NCBI GenBank assembly: GCA_043228905.1
Contig: JBHGNT010000003.1
Span: 21,514,001 to 21,578,000 of the forward strand
Origin: Azolla caroliniana
Lineage: Eukaryota; Plantae; Polypodiophyta
Direction of reading: 5' to 3'
Length of the DNA: 64,000 nt
Under the pieces are notes generated by a model. It ran no database searches. It was not told the DNA's origin and saw nothing but the letters and a program-made list of their open reading frames with translations. The position numbers and the translations under genes were made by a program. The first letter of the stretch is position 1. Each line of letters starts with the position of its first letter. Positions 34,553 through 46,329 of the stretch are shown here, one piece after another.

Positions 34553-37038
34553 TCATATGGAAGGCTCACTTTTGTTTGGAATACGGTGACGTCTCTTAAA
34601 CTTCGTTCGCTGAACAATTTCTTGCTTCTCTTTCTCCTCTTGTTCCTTCATCTTTTGTTCTTCAGCTTCAAAAAAATTGAATGGGAATAGATTATCAGGT
34701 AAAGAAACTGGCTCTTGGAGAACAACATACGCTTTCTTGTATGCAGGGGTAGTTGCCATCCAGCCTCCTGCTCGCTTTTTCCTCTTACCATCCATGTTAA
34801 GAGTGTTCACTCTTGACACTTTCAATCCATATACTGACTGTAAGATTCTCTTTATTTCAATCTATTAGCCATATAAAACGATTTCAGAATATGGTTAGCA
34901 TGTGTAGTGCAAACCAAAAAACATATTGTAATAACATAAGTTTGTTTTGGTGAGAAAACTACCAAAATACCGACATTTTAGTCATTTAACCTAATCAGAG
35001 TTGCAAGATCATGATCTATTTTAATACAACAAAGCCTAGTGGAAAACAATTCATGTTCCTTCTCACACAACATTGTTAAGAACACAAAACATATAAAAAG
35101 ATATGCACACACACACACAAACACATATGTTACTTATTGATTATTATCTTTAAAATGAACAGACTGGAGAATTTCCGAGATTCTGAACTAAAATACTGCA
35201 GGACCCAGAAATTATTTTATGATCAATACAGGACCCCATCAAGGTCATCAAGATTTATGAATCTACATTTAGACAATTAGAGGAGATGCCAAGTGCATTT
35301 TCTGAGCAACAATATTTCTTCAAGCTTCAGAAGAATATTGGTATTTACAAAAGTAACTTCTAAACAACTGACCTCATATTTTTCACCCAGGAAACAAGCT
35401 TCACAGTAGCTTTGAAAATTTTCCAAAGCCTATGATATAGTGCCAACATTCCATAAAATACCAGAATTTTTCTGAAGAGTACCACAATTGACTTATAATA
35501 GGGGCATCATAGCCATAGGTACACCGAGAACATACTAGTTAAGAAAACATCTTCATCTTTTTTATGATTGCTTTCCTGTTCTCTGGTCCATTTTCTCACT
35601 AAGTTTCAGAGGAGAATATTGGTCGCATGAGCCATTTCTAAATCTCATTTGCAAAGGGTTGATAATAGACTCACCCATCTATCCCAGGGTATCATAGCCA
35701 CAGCTACACAGAGAGAACATTCATTGTTAAGAAAGCATCTCCGTCTTTTTTATGATTGCTTTATGGTTCTCTGGTCTAATTCCTCATAAGTTTCAGGGGA
35801 GAATACCTGTCGGATGAGCCATCTCTAAATCTCGTTTACAAAGGATGATAATAGACCCACTCATCTCTCTGGTCTTTCTCCCAATTGCTCTCAATAACCC
35901 TCAGAGATGACAAACAAAGAATCAGGCATTTTAATGCACTGAAAATTCCAAGTCTTTTGATATACGGGACAGATATTTGAGGAGGAATGTTAGACCCAGT
36001 TCTAGATGGAATGACATCGAGAAGGTACAATTGTAAAGACATTTCAAATAGCCACCTTGGGTCAAGGAAGACCACAGAAGAGTCTGTAAAGCTCCTCAAA
36101 CTGGTGGGTCTTGTGAGAGTCAGTATATCGCCCCTACCCGATAATGTGTCAAGGAACATCACAGAAGAGCCTGTAATGCTCATCAAACTGGTGGATCCGG
36201 TGAGAGTCAGAATATCGTCCCTACCCGATAATGTGTCAAGGAACACCACAGAAGTGCCTCTAATGCTCCTCAAACTGATTTGTCTGGTGAGAGTCAGGGT
36301 TTAGGGTAGGGGCGATAATGTGGCAGCATCATGCTGCCACATTATCGCCCCTACCCGATCCAATCTTGGGATGCTAACAGCAAAAACATAGAAAACAAAT
36401 AAAGAGACATTGTCTATTCTATTTGGACACACAACACATGCAAAGCCTTCAGAGATGGAATGTTGTGAATACTATTTGTGCAACATATCAAAAATGATAA
36501 GCTCACGAACAGATGTCAAGCTGCAAGGAAGTGAGTAGGTACACCCAAGTCATTGAACGAGGAAGGACAATCAATCTCTTCCACTAGTAGTCTAGTTCAA
36601 ATCCTCTTCTTGATAATAAAAAAAGGATTGACCTCAATAGGTATCACTTCCTCTTTCTGTTTATCATCTACTTCAAATCCTGACATTCACACATCGTTGG
36701 GTTATCAATACAAGGTCAAGGATTCATTTTTCCACACACCTTTGTTGTACCATATGGCACTTCTCCTAACCTAAATGCAACATCAGTGTATCTCGAACAA
36801 AAGATCTCAGGGTATCCAGACAGTTAACACGGCTATCTCAGCTATGTCCAGACACACGCTCTCTCTCTCTCTCTCTCTCATAATTTCAGTCAAGTCATTG
36901 GCCATGGCGATTTACCTTTGTGGCGCTAGGTACAGTACGCAGAGAGAACTCCGTAATGTTTTCTCGGGAGGCAGGGAGGTTCAACCGTAGAGGTAGGTTC
37001 ACGAGGTGAACCACGCGTTGAGCAAAGCGCTTCGCCAT
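34553..37038 (-). CDS. RPL23: Nuclear-encoded organellar (mitochondrial-type) ribosomal protein uL23; exons 37038-36916 and 34861-34553; 143 aa
   Basis: Exon 1 MAKRFAQRVVHLVNLPLRLNLPASRENITEFSLRTVPSATK|GT; AG|IEIKRILQSVYGLKVSRVNTLNMDGKRKK...YKKAYVVL; phase-0 GT-AG intron; L23 signatures VNT and KKAYV. Confidence 0.92.
35500..35865. repeat. Two diverged ~185-bp tandem copies in the RPL23 intron
   Basis: CATCATAGCCA...TTTTTATGATTGCTTT...GAGAATA...GATAATAGAC repeated. Confidence 0.75.
36060..36300. repeat. About 2.7 copies of an ~87-bp tandem repeat in the RPL23 intron
   Basis: GTCAAGGAA.A.CACAGAAG...CAAACTG...GTGAGAGTCAG at 36061, 36148, 36235. Confidence 0.85.
36304..36356. repeat. Perfect 26-bp inverted repeat with a 1-nt spacer
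   Basis: GGGTAGGGGCGATAATGTGGCAGCAT-C-ATGCTGCCACATTATCGCCCCTACCC. Confidence 0.95.
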
Positions 37039-37152
37039 CGCCAAAAGGCCTCTGTCTCGCTCTGCTGTCTCTCTCTCTCTCTCTCTCTCTCAGAGAAAAG
37101 CCCACAGTTAGGAAACAAAAGGTTTCAGACAGAATACCGAGAGGTCACCTTT

Positions 37153-37232
37153 CTTGACTTCATTCGGTTTGTCTTGACTTCATTCGGCTTGTCTTGACTT
37201 CATTCGGCTTGTCTTGGTTTGACTTGACTTGA
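37153..37232. repeat. 20/21-bp minisatellite upstream of RPL23
   Basis: CTTGACTTCATTCGG(T/C)TTGT x3 followed by TTGAC repeats. Confidence 0.8.
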
Positions 37233-37385
37233 CTCGTGACCTAATATGACTTCTCACTTACGTGATGAAACTACCACACCGAATGGTCATCGTCATTTGG
37301 TGCTAATACTGGGTCAAATGTGCCATACTGCACCCAACTCGTACTTGTACCAAACCTCAGAGCTCCAAACGATTCGATTAGGAGC

Positions 37386-37425
37386 TTGGTAGCTCGCAAG
37401 GCCCATAACCTTGAGGTCACAAGTT
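37386..37425 (+). pseudogene. trnfM: Fragment of plastid-type trnfM(CAU); not a complete tRNA
   Basis: TTGGTAGCTCGCAAGGCCCATAACCTTGAGGTCAC matches the recalled D-arm/anticodon arm of plastid trnfM with one mismatch; acceptor and T arms absent. Confidence 0.7.
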
Positions 37426-37751
37426 ATACGTATATATTGAAGTTGAGATAATCTATCTCCAAAGAAGGTAGATCATTGATACTTTTGATTGGTGAGTCTG
37501 AAAAAAGAAACTCATCCAGTAAAAGAGATATGTCCAGCACAGAAACCAAGATTTGCTTTATCAGGTCTTGGGCGCAAGCTACATGCAAATAGAACAACTT
37601 TTAGTAATATATTGTAAATGCATGAATGTGGTTTGGGATGGAACACCGACCCACCCCCCTTGAATTCAAATAAGATCTTATCGTAGGAGTCTACTGGCGC
37701 TTATCGAGTTTTGGTTCTCACGGCCAAACACCGCCAACGCTTGTCAGAAAG

Positions 37752-37786
37752 CAGTGCCGGAAGGTTAAGGGAGTCAGTGACCTGAT
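37752..37786 (+). pseudogene. Short plastid 23S rRNA-like fragment
   Basis: CAGTGCCGGAAGGTTAAGGGAGTCAGTGACCTGAT resembles recalled plastid 23S CAGTGCCGGAAGGTCAAGGAAGTTGGTGACCTGAT. Confidence 0.55.
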
Positions 37787-38056
37787 TGTCGTGTTCCATT
37801 AATGAAAGGGAAAAGATCTATATCAACAAGCATCTGAGTGTTTTTCAAACATATGTTATGAAGATATACATCGGGTGTCGCCTTGGTTGTCTTTGTCATA
37901 GGTGAGGACATTGTCGTGACTTGGCGTGCCAAAGGTGAGAAAAAAAAGTGAACAAGGGCAAAGGAATGGAGTGCAAGCGTGGGGGTTAAGGAAGAGAGAG
38001 GAAATATGTGAGCACATGTGAAAAGGTATAAGAGAAAAGGTGAGATAGATTGTACA

Positions 38057-38361
38057 CATATAGTTATGTAAATAATTATATAACAATGAGAAGTGAATGG
38101 CCTAGTGGTGAATGCCATTCACTTAGTATGGGAGGTGTAGAATTTGAATCTTTAACAACGTGGTGCGGATTAAGGAAGCGTTGCCCTCTTCTTATCAAAC
38201 TTGATATCATATAGTTATGTAAATAATTATATAACAATGAGAAGTGAATGGCCTAGTGGTGAATGCCATTCACTTAGTATGGGAGGTGTAGAATTTGAAT
38301 CTTTAACAACGTGGTGCGGATTAAGGAAGTGTTGCCCTCTTCTTATCAAACCTGATATCAT
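38057..38361 (+). repeat. Near-perfect 151-bp tandem duplication containing a Pol III A-box-like motif
   Basis: Copies start at 38057 and 38208; each has TGGCCTAGTGG inside an 11-bp stem AAGTGAATGGC...GCCATTCACTT. Confidence 0.85.
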
Positions 38362-38659
38362 CAAAGTTTTGCATATTTTCTGGTATTTCGAGAATGCTCA
38401 AAAGGTAACCCCCTACTTACCTCGTAACATATGATATTATCAACAGTACTCATAATTTTAGAGAAGGATGGAGGAAAGTAAAAGAAAATGACCAAATAAG
38501 GAAAAACATTCCTGAATAAGGGAAGTTCGATCAGAGAAGGTTTGGTATTAGCAAAAAAATGAATAGGAGTGTCGAAGTAAGAAAAGAACAAGTGCAAAAT
38601 TCTAGTGACTTCCCTTACTGTGTCCCACAATTCAAACGATCGTTATCTATTGAAAGATT

Positions 38660-40120
38660 TGTTGGGAAATCGGTCTCTCCAGATGGGATCTGGTGATGAA
38701 TAAAGAGGACCCGGTGAGAACCTGAAGAGATTCGGAAACCGGAGGAGACCTGGTGAGAACCGGAAGAGAAGACATATCTGTAAATATGTTTTGACTAAGC
38801 CTATTGAGGCTATATTTGTAAATAGCCCTAAGTTCATATAAGTATAAATATGACTTAGGGCAATCACTTTGTGTAGGTTGTTGTTATTGTCATATTGTAA
38901 TATAGAGAGAGCGATAGAGAGAGTGAGATACAGAGTGACACTTTGTTGTAACCGCCGATTGGTGAAGATATAGAGCTCGAGGTCGTTGCCTCCGAGGCTC
39001 TGATTGTACCTTTCTCCTATAGTGATAGTTGGAGTCTGTGGGCTCCCGTGGTTTTTTTCCCATTTAGGGTTTTTCCACGTAAACATCTTGTGTATTTCCT
39101 TTGTGTACTCTCCACTTCCCATTTCTATGTTTCATTCCAAGAGAAGTGTTCAAGACTCGGTTGTGGCCAAGCAATATTCAGCGTTATTCTCTTCAATATG
39201 GTATCAGAACGAACAACATAGGAAATGGAAGAATCATTCGGTGTCATGTTCAAGCTCACCGGCTCCAACTACTCAGTGTGGAAGTCGAAGATGAGGGACA
39301 TGCTGGTGGTTAAAGATCTTTGGTTGCCGGTTCAGTTCGAGGACAAAAGACCGGATAAGATCGACGCCACAGTGTGGGAGGTGATGCACATGAAGACGAT
39401 GGGCTACATCCGGTGCCTCATTGACATGAGCCTGTACAACAACTTCAATGAAGAGAGCAACGCTCACGAACTTTGGGAGAAGATCAACATCATGTTCCAA
39501 AACAAGAATGTTGTTAATCAGGTTTCGGTATTCCAGAAGCTAGTGAGGCTCCGGTACCAGGACAACTCCAGTATGGTGGAGCCCATGAATGCCTTCCAGG
39601 GGCTGATACTCGCCGATGAGGTACTCGCATTGCTCCTGCTCGGTTCCCTCCCAGAAGTTGGGAGACGTTAGTTGTTACGTTGGGCAACGCCGGGCCGGAA
39701 GGAAAACAGTTGTCCCTAGCAAGGTAAAATCAAGCTTGCTAGATGAAGAAGCTCGCCGAAAGGACCAGGAGCTCGGAACCAATCTGAAGGCCTTGGTCAC
39801 GGAAGATAACCACAACCGGGGAAGAGGCCGGTATCGGAGTCCCCAAAACCGGGACAAATCGGGGACGAGGTCGAAGTCAAGGGGGAGGCCCACATGCTTC
39901 TATTGCAGGAAACCGAGACACTTCCAGAAGAATTGCCGGCATTTCCGGAAGGAGAAAGAAACCGACACTACCGATTCAAAGAAGAGTTCGGACCAAAACG
40001 GTTCGGACGGGAGAGGCCCGGATCGGAAGGAAACATCGGCGATCGCAACAAGTGAAGAAGAACTGATGCTCATTAGCGAAGAGAATGAGTTAAACCTTGT
40101 CGGTGACGAGACAACGTGGG
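38660..40120 (+). mobile_element. Ty1/copia element J, 5' part only (LTR, tRNA-iMet PBS, gag)
   Basis: LTR ~38660-39196 starting TGTTGGG; PBS TGGTATCAGA at 39199; gag KLTGSNYSVWK, LLLGSLP, CFYCRKPRHFQKNC; stops at ETTW just before the protease DSG. Confidence 0.88.
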
Positions 40121-40675
40121 ACTCCGATAGTGGAGGTTGTACGGTGTCGTGAAGAAAACCGGCCATAGGCAGAATCGGAGAAAAAGGCGCATGAACCGGC
40201 TCTTACATGGGTGGACGCGAGAATTGATATTTTGTACATGATTCATAACTAGGTCGGTTGATGTAAATACTAGGTAGTACACATTTATTAGGGGATTTGT
40301 GTGTATCTCTGTCTAGAGGGGCAGGGAATAAACTATTTAAGGAGGGAGAGAAGGAAGAAAAAGGTATCGCGCGTTGGCGAGGACGAAGTGCTGTTGCAGA
40401 ATTGAGTGCTGAGCTCTCTCTCCTCTGATCGTCGTTCTCTATGGGTGTCGGGAGTTTGCTGCCTCTGCTTCATGGACAGCCCGTGTGCTTCTAGCAGAGG
40501 CTCTCCCCCTTTTTTTTTGTTTCTTCAAGTCGAGTGGCTGTCGTCCATGTGCGTGAATAGGACCCTGTGTCAGGTCCATTACTGGTTTGCCGGTTGTAAC
40601 TATTTGAGTTATAAGCTACTGATTATAGTAATCGGATTCCTGTTTCTTGCTCTTATTTTCTTTCTGTGTCGGTAA

Positions 40676-40706
<31 letters not shown>

Positions 40707-40814
40707 TCCTTGGTCCAAGACCCCTGTGGTCCCGCCTCTTCCTACACGCACGCGCGAAACTTCGCGACATAATTGGTGAACCCGACGTGAAACAGGCGGC
40801 AAAGGAGTCAGAAG

Positions 40815-42948
40815 ATGAGGGGATCGGAGCTAGCAGAGGCAATGGTGGTAGCCGTTGACCAACTGGTGAGCGCTCGCGAGGGGACAGGTACCCTCGATAG
40901 AGCCATTGAATCGATCGTCGGCAGCATAGGCCGATTCGGTGGGAAGAATCCCACAAGTTATTTGGAGGCTTACCGGGCCGAAATGATCATGAGGGATATC
41001 CCGGTGGACAGGCGGTTGTCCGGATTCCCTCGGGTGGTGACGCCGAGCATCCACACGGAGGTGCTCGAGGTGCTGGCCAGATGCCAGACTTGGGAGGAGT
41101 TCGAGTTGCAGCTCCTCGAGAAGTACGGGTTTGATGACTCGCTTCGGCTGTCGAGGCGGGACTTCATGGCGTGGGTGGAAAGCCCTGGAAAAGGGAGGAA
41201 CACGTCGGCGCTCCTCCAGGAGTTCAAAAAATGATTCGCGTGGTTGTCGACACTGGACCGGACCATGCTCGAAACGAGTCGAGTACTACTGTTTGTCAAG
41301 TCGGTGGACGCGCTCGACAGGGAAAAGGTGGGTCCCCTATTGGAGACGGACGAAGGGCTCACGGTAGACTGGGCCGTGGTAAAACGGGTCTACAACCGTT
41401 TCAACAAACGGCGCGAGTGGAGCGACCAAAGCTCGTCGGAGTCAGGACCGGTCCCAGCGAGGAGGCTCGAGGAGCCAATATCGGTGCCAGCCGGTAGGAA
41501 GGAAGAGACCCGAATTTGTCTGGAGTTGGGGTCGGCATCGAACGACGTGGTCAAAGGCCCATATGGAGGAGCGGCTCTAGAGGAGTTGACACAGATGGTG
41601 CGCAACCTGCAGATCGCAGAGGTTCGGAGAGACAGCGACAAACAACCTCGCGACCGGAGGCCGCCGGCTGGGCAGCGGTGCATGTGGTGTGACGCGATCG
41701 GTCACATTCGGAAGGATTGCACGGATTTCGCCGACGCACTCAGGACCAACGTGGTGTACCTCTGGAATGGGCGGGTGCATGCGAGCGAAACCCGGAGAGC
41801 CCTAGAACTGAATACGGGGCGCTGCGGAATGAAGAGGTTGATGGAAGAGGCTGCGACACGGCATGTAGAAGCCGTTAACTACTTAGAGTCGGCGGGAATT
41901 CGGGTCGGGGGTGATGAGACCCGGAAGGCGAAGGACTCCGAATTCTGGCCGCTAGTGCTAGAAGGTCTCTTTGGAGTTCGGCTGAAGAAGGAAGAGGCGG
42001 ACCGCGCGGAACAACGGGTCCAGGAGGTCACCAGATGGGACGATCCAGTCGAAGAGAAAACGGGCTTTGTGGAAGCCGCTTGCCAGAACTACGAGGTTCT
42101 GGTTGAAGACAAACGGGCAGGAAAGGCCGGAGGGGTCAGTCCCCCGCAGAGGTACGAGACCCGGTTCGAACCGAAACCGACCGGTGCCGACAACCCAAGC
42201 GCGCCGGATGGGAAGAAGCAGGCGGGGTTTCGGTTGAGCACCGAAATCGAGAGAGCAACGGACCTACGGAAGGTCCTTGAAGAGCGGATCCTCGATAGTA
42301 AAGTGGAGCTGTCGTTGCGGGAGGTGCTGGGAATCGCCAAGAGGGAGTTCCACGACTCCATCGTAGACTTAGTAAAACGGAAGAGGCTCTCGACGGAGCC
42401 GGAACCGGAGAAGCCGGTGGAGGTGCGGACTACGCACTTAGAAGACATAGCCCTAGAAGACGAGTTGGCGGAAAGCCACTACCCGAAGCCGCATTGGGCC
42501 AGGGCAACTACGGAAACCCTTGTGCGGATCGGCGACGTTCCGGAACCGGTGGTGGCCTTGGTAGACCATGGATCTGAAATCAACTTGATGTCCATGGATT
42601 TCTACAAGAAGGGTAAATGGCCGATCAACACCAAGCATGGGTGGAAGATATGTGGCGACGCGTGCTACGGAGGAGCTGCATGGTGGGTGCCCGAATGTAC
42701 GTGTAAAGATCAGTGACGTCGAGATAGATCAACATTTCTTCGTGCAGGAAACAGCTTCGCACCCGGTGATTCTCGGCGAATTGTACATTACGGCAACACA
42801 CATGGAGACGAAGGTGTTGGACAATGGTTCGGCGTATGCACGCATCAAGAGCCAAGTCGGTCGGCATTCCGTCTAGTTCATGACCGTACGTCCGAACCAT
42901 GAGAGGAATCGCGAGACCCTCGGCGGCGATAGCCGAGGGGATTTTTAG
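40815..42948 (+). pseudogene. Disrupted gag-protease of element D
   Basis: ORFs 40815-41234, 41244-42716 (CMWCDAIGHIRKDC; ALVDHGSEINLM) and 42637-42876; frame ends GDF* at 42948. Confidence 0.9.
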
Positions 42949-45900
42949 AGAGGGCTATCAAGGCTTGGGGCCGTGGTAGTCCGGACGTACCGGAAGAACC
43001 CCACACATGTATAGTAGGTAGGAAGTTTTGGTTCTCCGAAAATAGAGGTTGTACTATAGCCGGTGTCAACGACCGGGGGAGGAAGCGAGCGGAGGAGCAA
43101 CTCAGGGGATGCAGAGTCCTCTCCCCCGACGAAGAAATCAGCGGCGCCGTGGAGGCGGTCTCGTTTGACGACACCTTGGGCGAGTTGCGAAAGGTGATCG
43201 GTGAAGACCTTAGAGAAGACCGGACCGTTCCGGTTAGTTCGATGGGAATGTACGAAGTCATCGCGGACTTCGGGGAAAGGATCGGGTTGGATCGGACGGC
43301 CTGCGTGGATACAAAGTACAAGACCGTGGACCGGAAGGTGAGGCCAGTCGCGGCACCCTTGCCGGAGGGCAGCGAGGAGCGGATAAAAGGGGTCACGTCG
43401 GACCCAAGTTTATGGAATCCGGCTGGCATAGGGCACCGGTTCACCGACATAACGCTACGGGAGCTCAAGGTCGGTGGGGGTGGCTTTCTACTGCTGGCGG
43501 AGGAGGACAGGTTTCAGAGAATGCTCGGAAGGCATGGGAAAGCCTTCACGTTCTCGCCGGAGGAGATTGGGTGCGTGGACCCGACGATCATCGAACCGAT
43601 GGTGATCTTCATGGTACCGCATGTACCGTGGAATCTCAAACCGATTCCGGTGCCGAGAGCTCACATCCTGAAGTTGATGGAGCTTCTAAAGCAAAAGGTG
43701 GAGATGGGCATCCTCGAACCGTCGAGTGCCCCATATTCGAATCGGTGGTTTACGGTACCGAAGAAGAATGGTGTCGCGTTGTTACGCGCGTGCGTGTAGA
43801 AGGGGCGGGACCACCGGGATCTCGGACTAGGGAGTAGAGGAGAAAGAATAAGATATGTTTGGAAGCTTAGCTCAAGAGGAGAAGAAGAAAGAATAGGATC
43901 ATGACAAAGAAGGAGAGATCGGCGGAGGTAAGATACTCAACAAGATATATTAAAACAACGAATGGTTACAACAATGGTGGCCGCATGGGCCGCACCAAAC
44001 GACTATGAGAAAACCCTAAGCGAAGATGAATAAGGAAAATCCTAAACGAAACCCTAACCCTAAAACGGTAAGAACTCTAGACTAAGTGGTATACCTCTCA
44101 TACGCAAAATAGGCAACCCTTCATAAGTGACCCCTCCCTTCCTTTTATAGCCCAAGGAGGGAGGGACCTTACAATGTGGGATAAAATTTCCCCTCTTATT
44201 TCTATACACCATTTCCTAGTATACGTGTTCACATGTTGCACACCACCGACTTGCCCTTTCCACCCCGGTTTCTGCCTATGGACGAAAATCTTCATGACAT
44301 CCGCCCCCACCAAACCACACATCCACCGGTATGTGCCAAGAAGGGGAAAGAGGTGAGATTTTCGGCCATGGCGGTCAACTGAGTCCTTAGCGTCTTGTCA
44401 GCTTTGCCCGACTTTGTCTTTCACTTCGAGCAAGCCCATTCATCCCACATGGACCACCGTAGCCTCCCGGTCTGCCATATCCATCGTATGCTCTCGAACT
44501 GTCGGCTCCATCCGATCCACCATACTCGACGGAGTTCGCCGAACCACTGTCTCCGCTCGGTCCACCAGACCCGGTCTTCGCAAACCTCTTTTTGCCTTCC
44601 TCCGTTTTCCGTGGGCGACCTTGGACCGAATCCTCGTTCTCCCCGACTGTTTGCCGAATATCGCACCGTGTACTCTTCGTCAACGCATGTCTTGCCTCGG
44701 CCGCTTCCTTGACTCGGCACTGTCGCGCACTGAACTTCGTCGTCGATCATCCTCATGCTCGTCACTTGGCCCTTACCTGGCCACATCACGTCTCGCACTC
44801 CGCTCCACTCTGCCTACCCTTTCGAAAAGGTACGTTGCTTCCCCGACATCCGTGTCGGTGCTCTCGTCTTCGGTGTCATCTGCAACCTCTGATGTTGCCG
44901 CTTCGTCCCGAGGTACACCCTCTTGGTTCGCCTCATATGTCCTCCGGATGCGCTCCGAATCTCTGTGATCGCACTCCGGTTTCTGCCCTTTGCGTGCCGC
45001 TCCTTTGGTTTTATCGTCTCCGCATGCCGAACACCTCGGTGTGTCAACTCTTCCCGCTCCAAGCTTGCCTTCCGTAGGCTCTTCTCATGCGCCGATGTTG
45101 TCCCCCGAATATGCGCTCATTCTTTGGCCCTTAGGCGACCCCATTCCACGTTCCTTGCTTCTCCTTTGCCCGCTGTGCTCTCTCGCCGTAGAGTGTACCG
45201 TCATCCCGACCTCCATGTCAGGATTCTTTGCGGCTCTCGTTACCGCTTTATCCCGACTCGCATCCTCTTGGCCCGCTTGGCCCCGCATGTCCTCCGGGAC
45301 GCCACTTTTTCTCTCCCCGGTGCATAACTCTTTGCTCTCCGCGCACCATCCTCTGCTCTCGTCGTTCATCCACCGATCCCGGCAACTCACCGCTCCATCT
45401 CTTGCAGCGTGCTTGCCTCTCAAAGGCTCGACCGGTCCGCCGTTGCCGGTCACTCGTTGCCGCTCTTCCGGTTGCATGCTTGCTTCTTGGCCCTTCGCCG
45501 GCCGTAGTGCATATTTCATATTACGCGCCTCATCCACCGTAGACCCGACCTCCGCGTCGATCTCTTTGTCCTTCATTGCCGTACACTCTTCCGTCTCCGT
45601 TTGGTTCTCTTGGCCGTGCTCGTCCATCTTCACGCACTGGGTACCCGTTCCGGTAGCCTCGTCTGTTCCGGTCTCCGACTCGTCGCCGCCACCCGCTGTC
45701 TCTTTGGTCTTACGTCGATCCGCAACCGCCAAAGTCTCAAGGATAGATGTGGAGGGCTCCTCTCGCTCTTGGCCTCCCACCGAGTCGTACTCCTCGTGCA
45801 TGCTTGGCCTCCTTCTCGCGCTCACCGGCTCCCACCGAGTGTTGTGGCTCATTCACCTCGACCTCCAATCATGTCGACTTAGCCTTCGCCCGGATTGGTC

Positions 45901-46329
45901 TCAGCCGATCGAGTTCCGGTTTGGTCGGCTCCCTTCCGTAATCGTAACCGGCCGGTAAGGGTTCGACAAAACAATTCCGGCCTTGTCGGCTCTTTTTCCA
46001 TTCGGGCCCGGTTGACCGGCCCTTGCTCCAATCTTCTTCCGCGTCGTCTTCCGGTCATGTCTGATTACCGACCGGTTCGTCTTCCGCTCAGGTAAGTTCC
46101 CGACTCTCTCCTTGTTGCCGCTCCCGGCCTCTCCTTCGGTCCTCTTGTATATACCTGTTCCGGGCCTCGCATCCTCATCTTCGCACGTGTTCGCTCCGGG
46201 CCATGCCTCCTCACGGCCACCATCCTTCTCTCTAGTCTTACGTTGGCATTCGAGCACAACCGCCGTAGTCTCCGACCCCAGTGTCGAGGGGTCTCTCCTC
46301 CGTCCGCTATGACCTTCCTCGCCATCGTT

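Noticed and set aside
35836-36304. ORFs 35836-36273 and 35987-36304
   Set aside because: They lie within the RPL23 intron and arise from the ~87-bp tandem repeat
37386-37425. Functional tRNA-Met gene
   Set aside because: Acceptor stem and T arm are missing
44035-44065. Telomere-like AAACCCTAACCCTAAA (also 26822-26836)
   Set aside because: Only 2-3 units; common telo-box-like motif in plant LTRs and promoters
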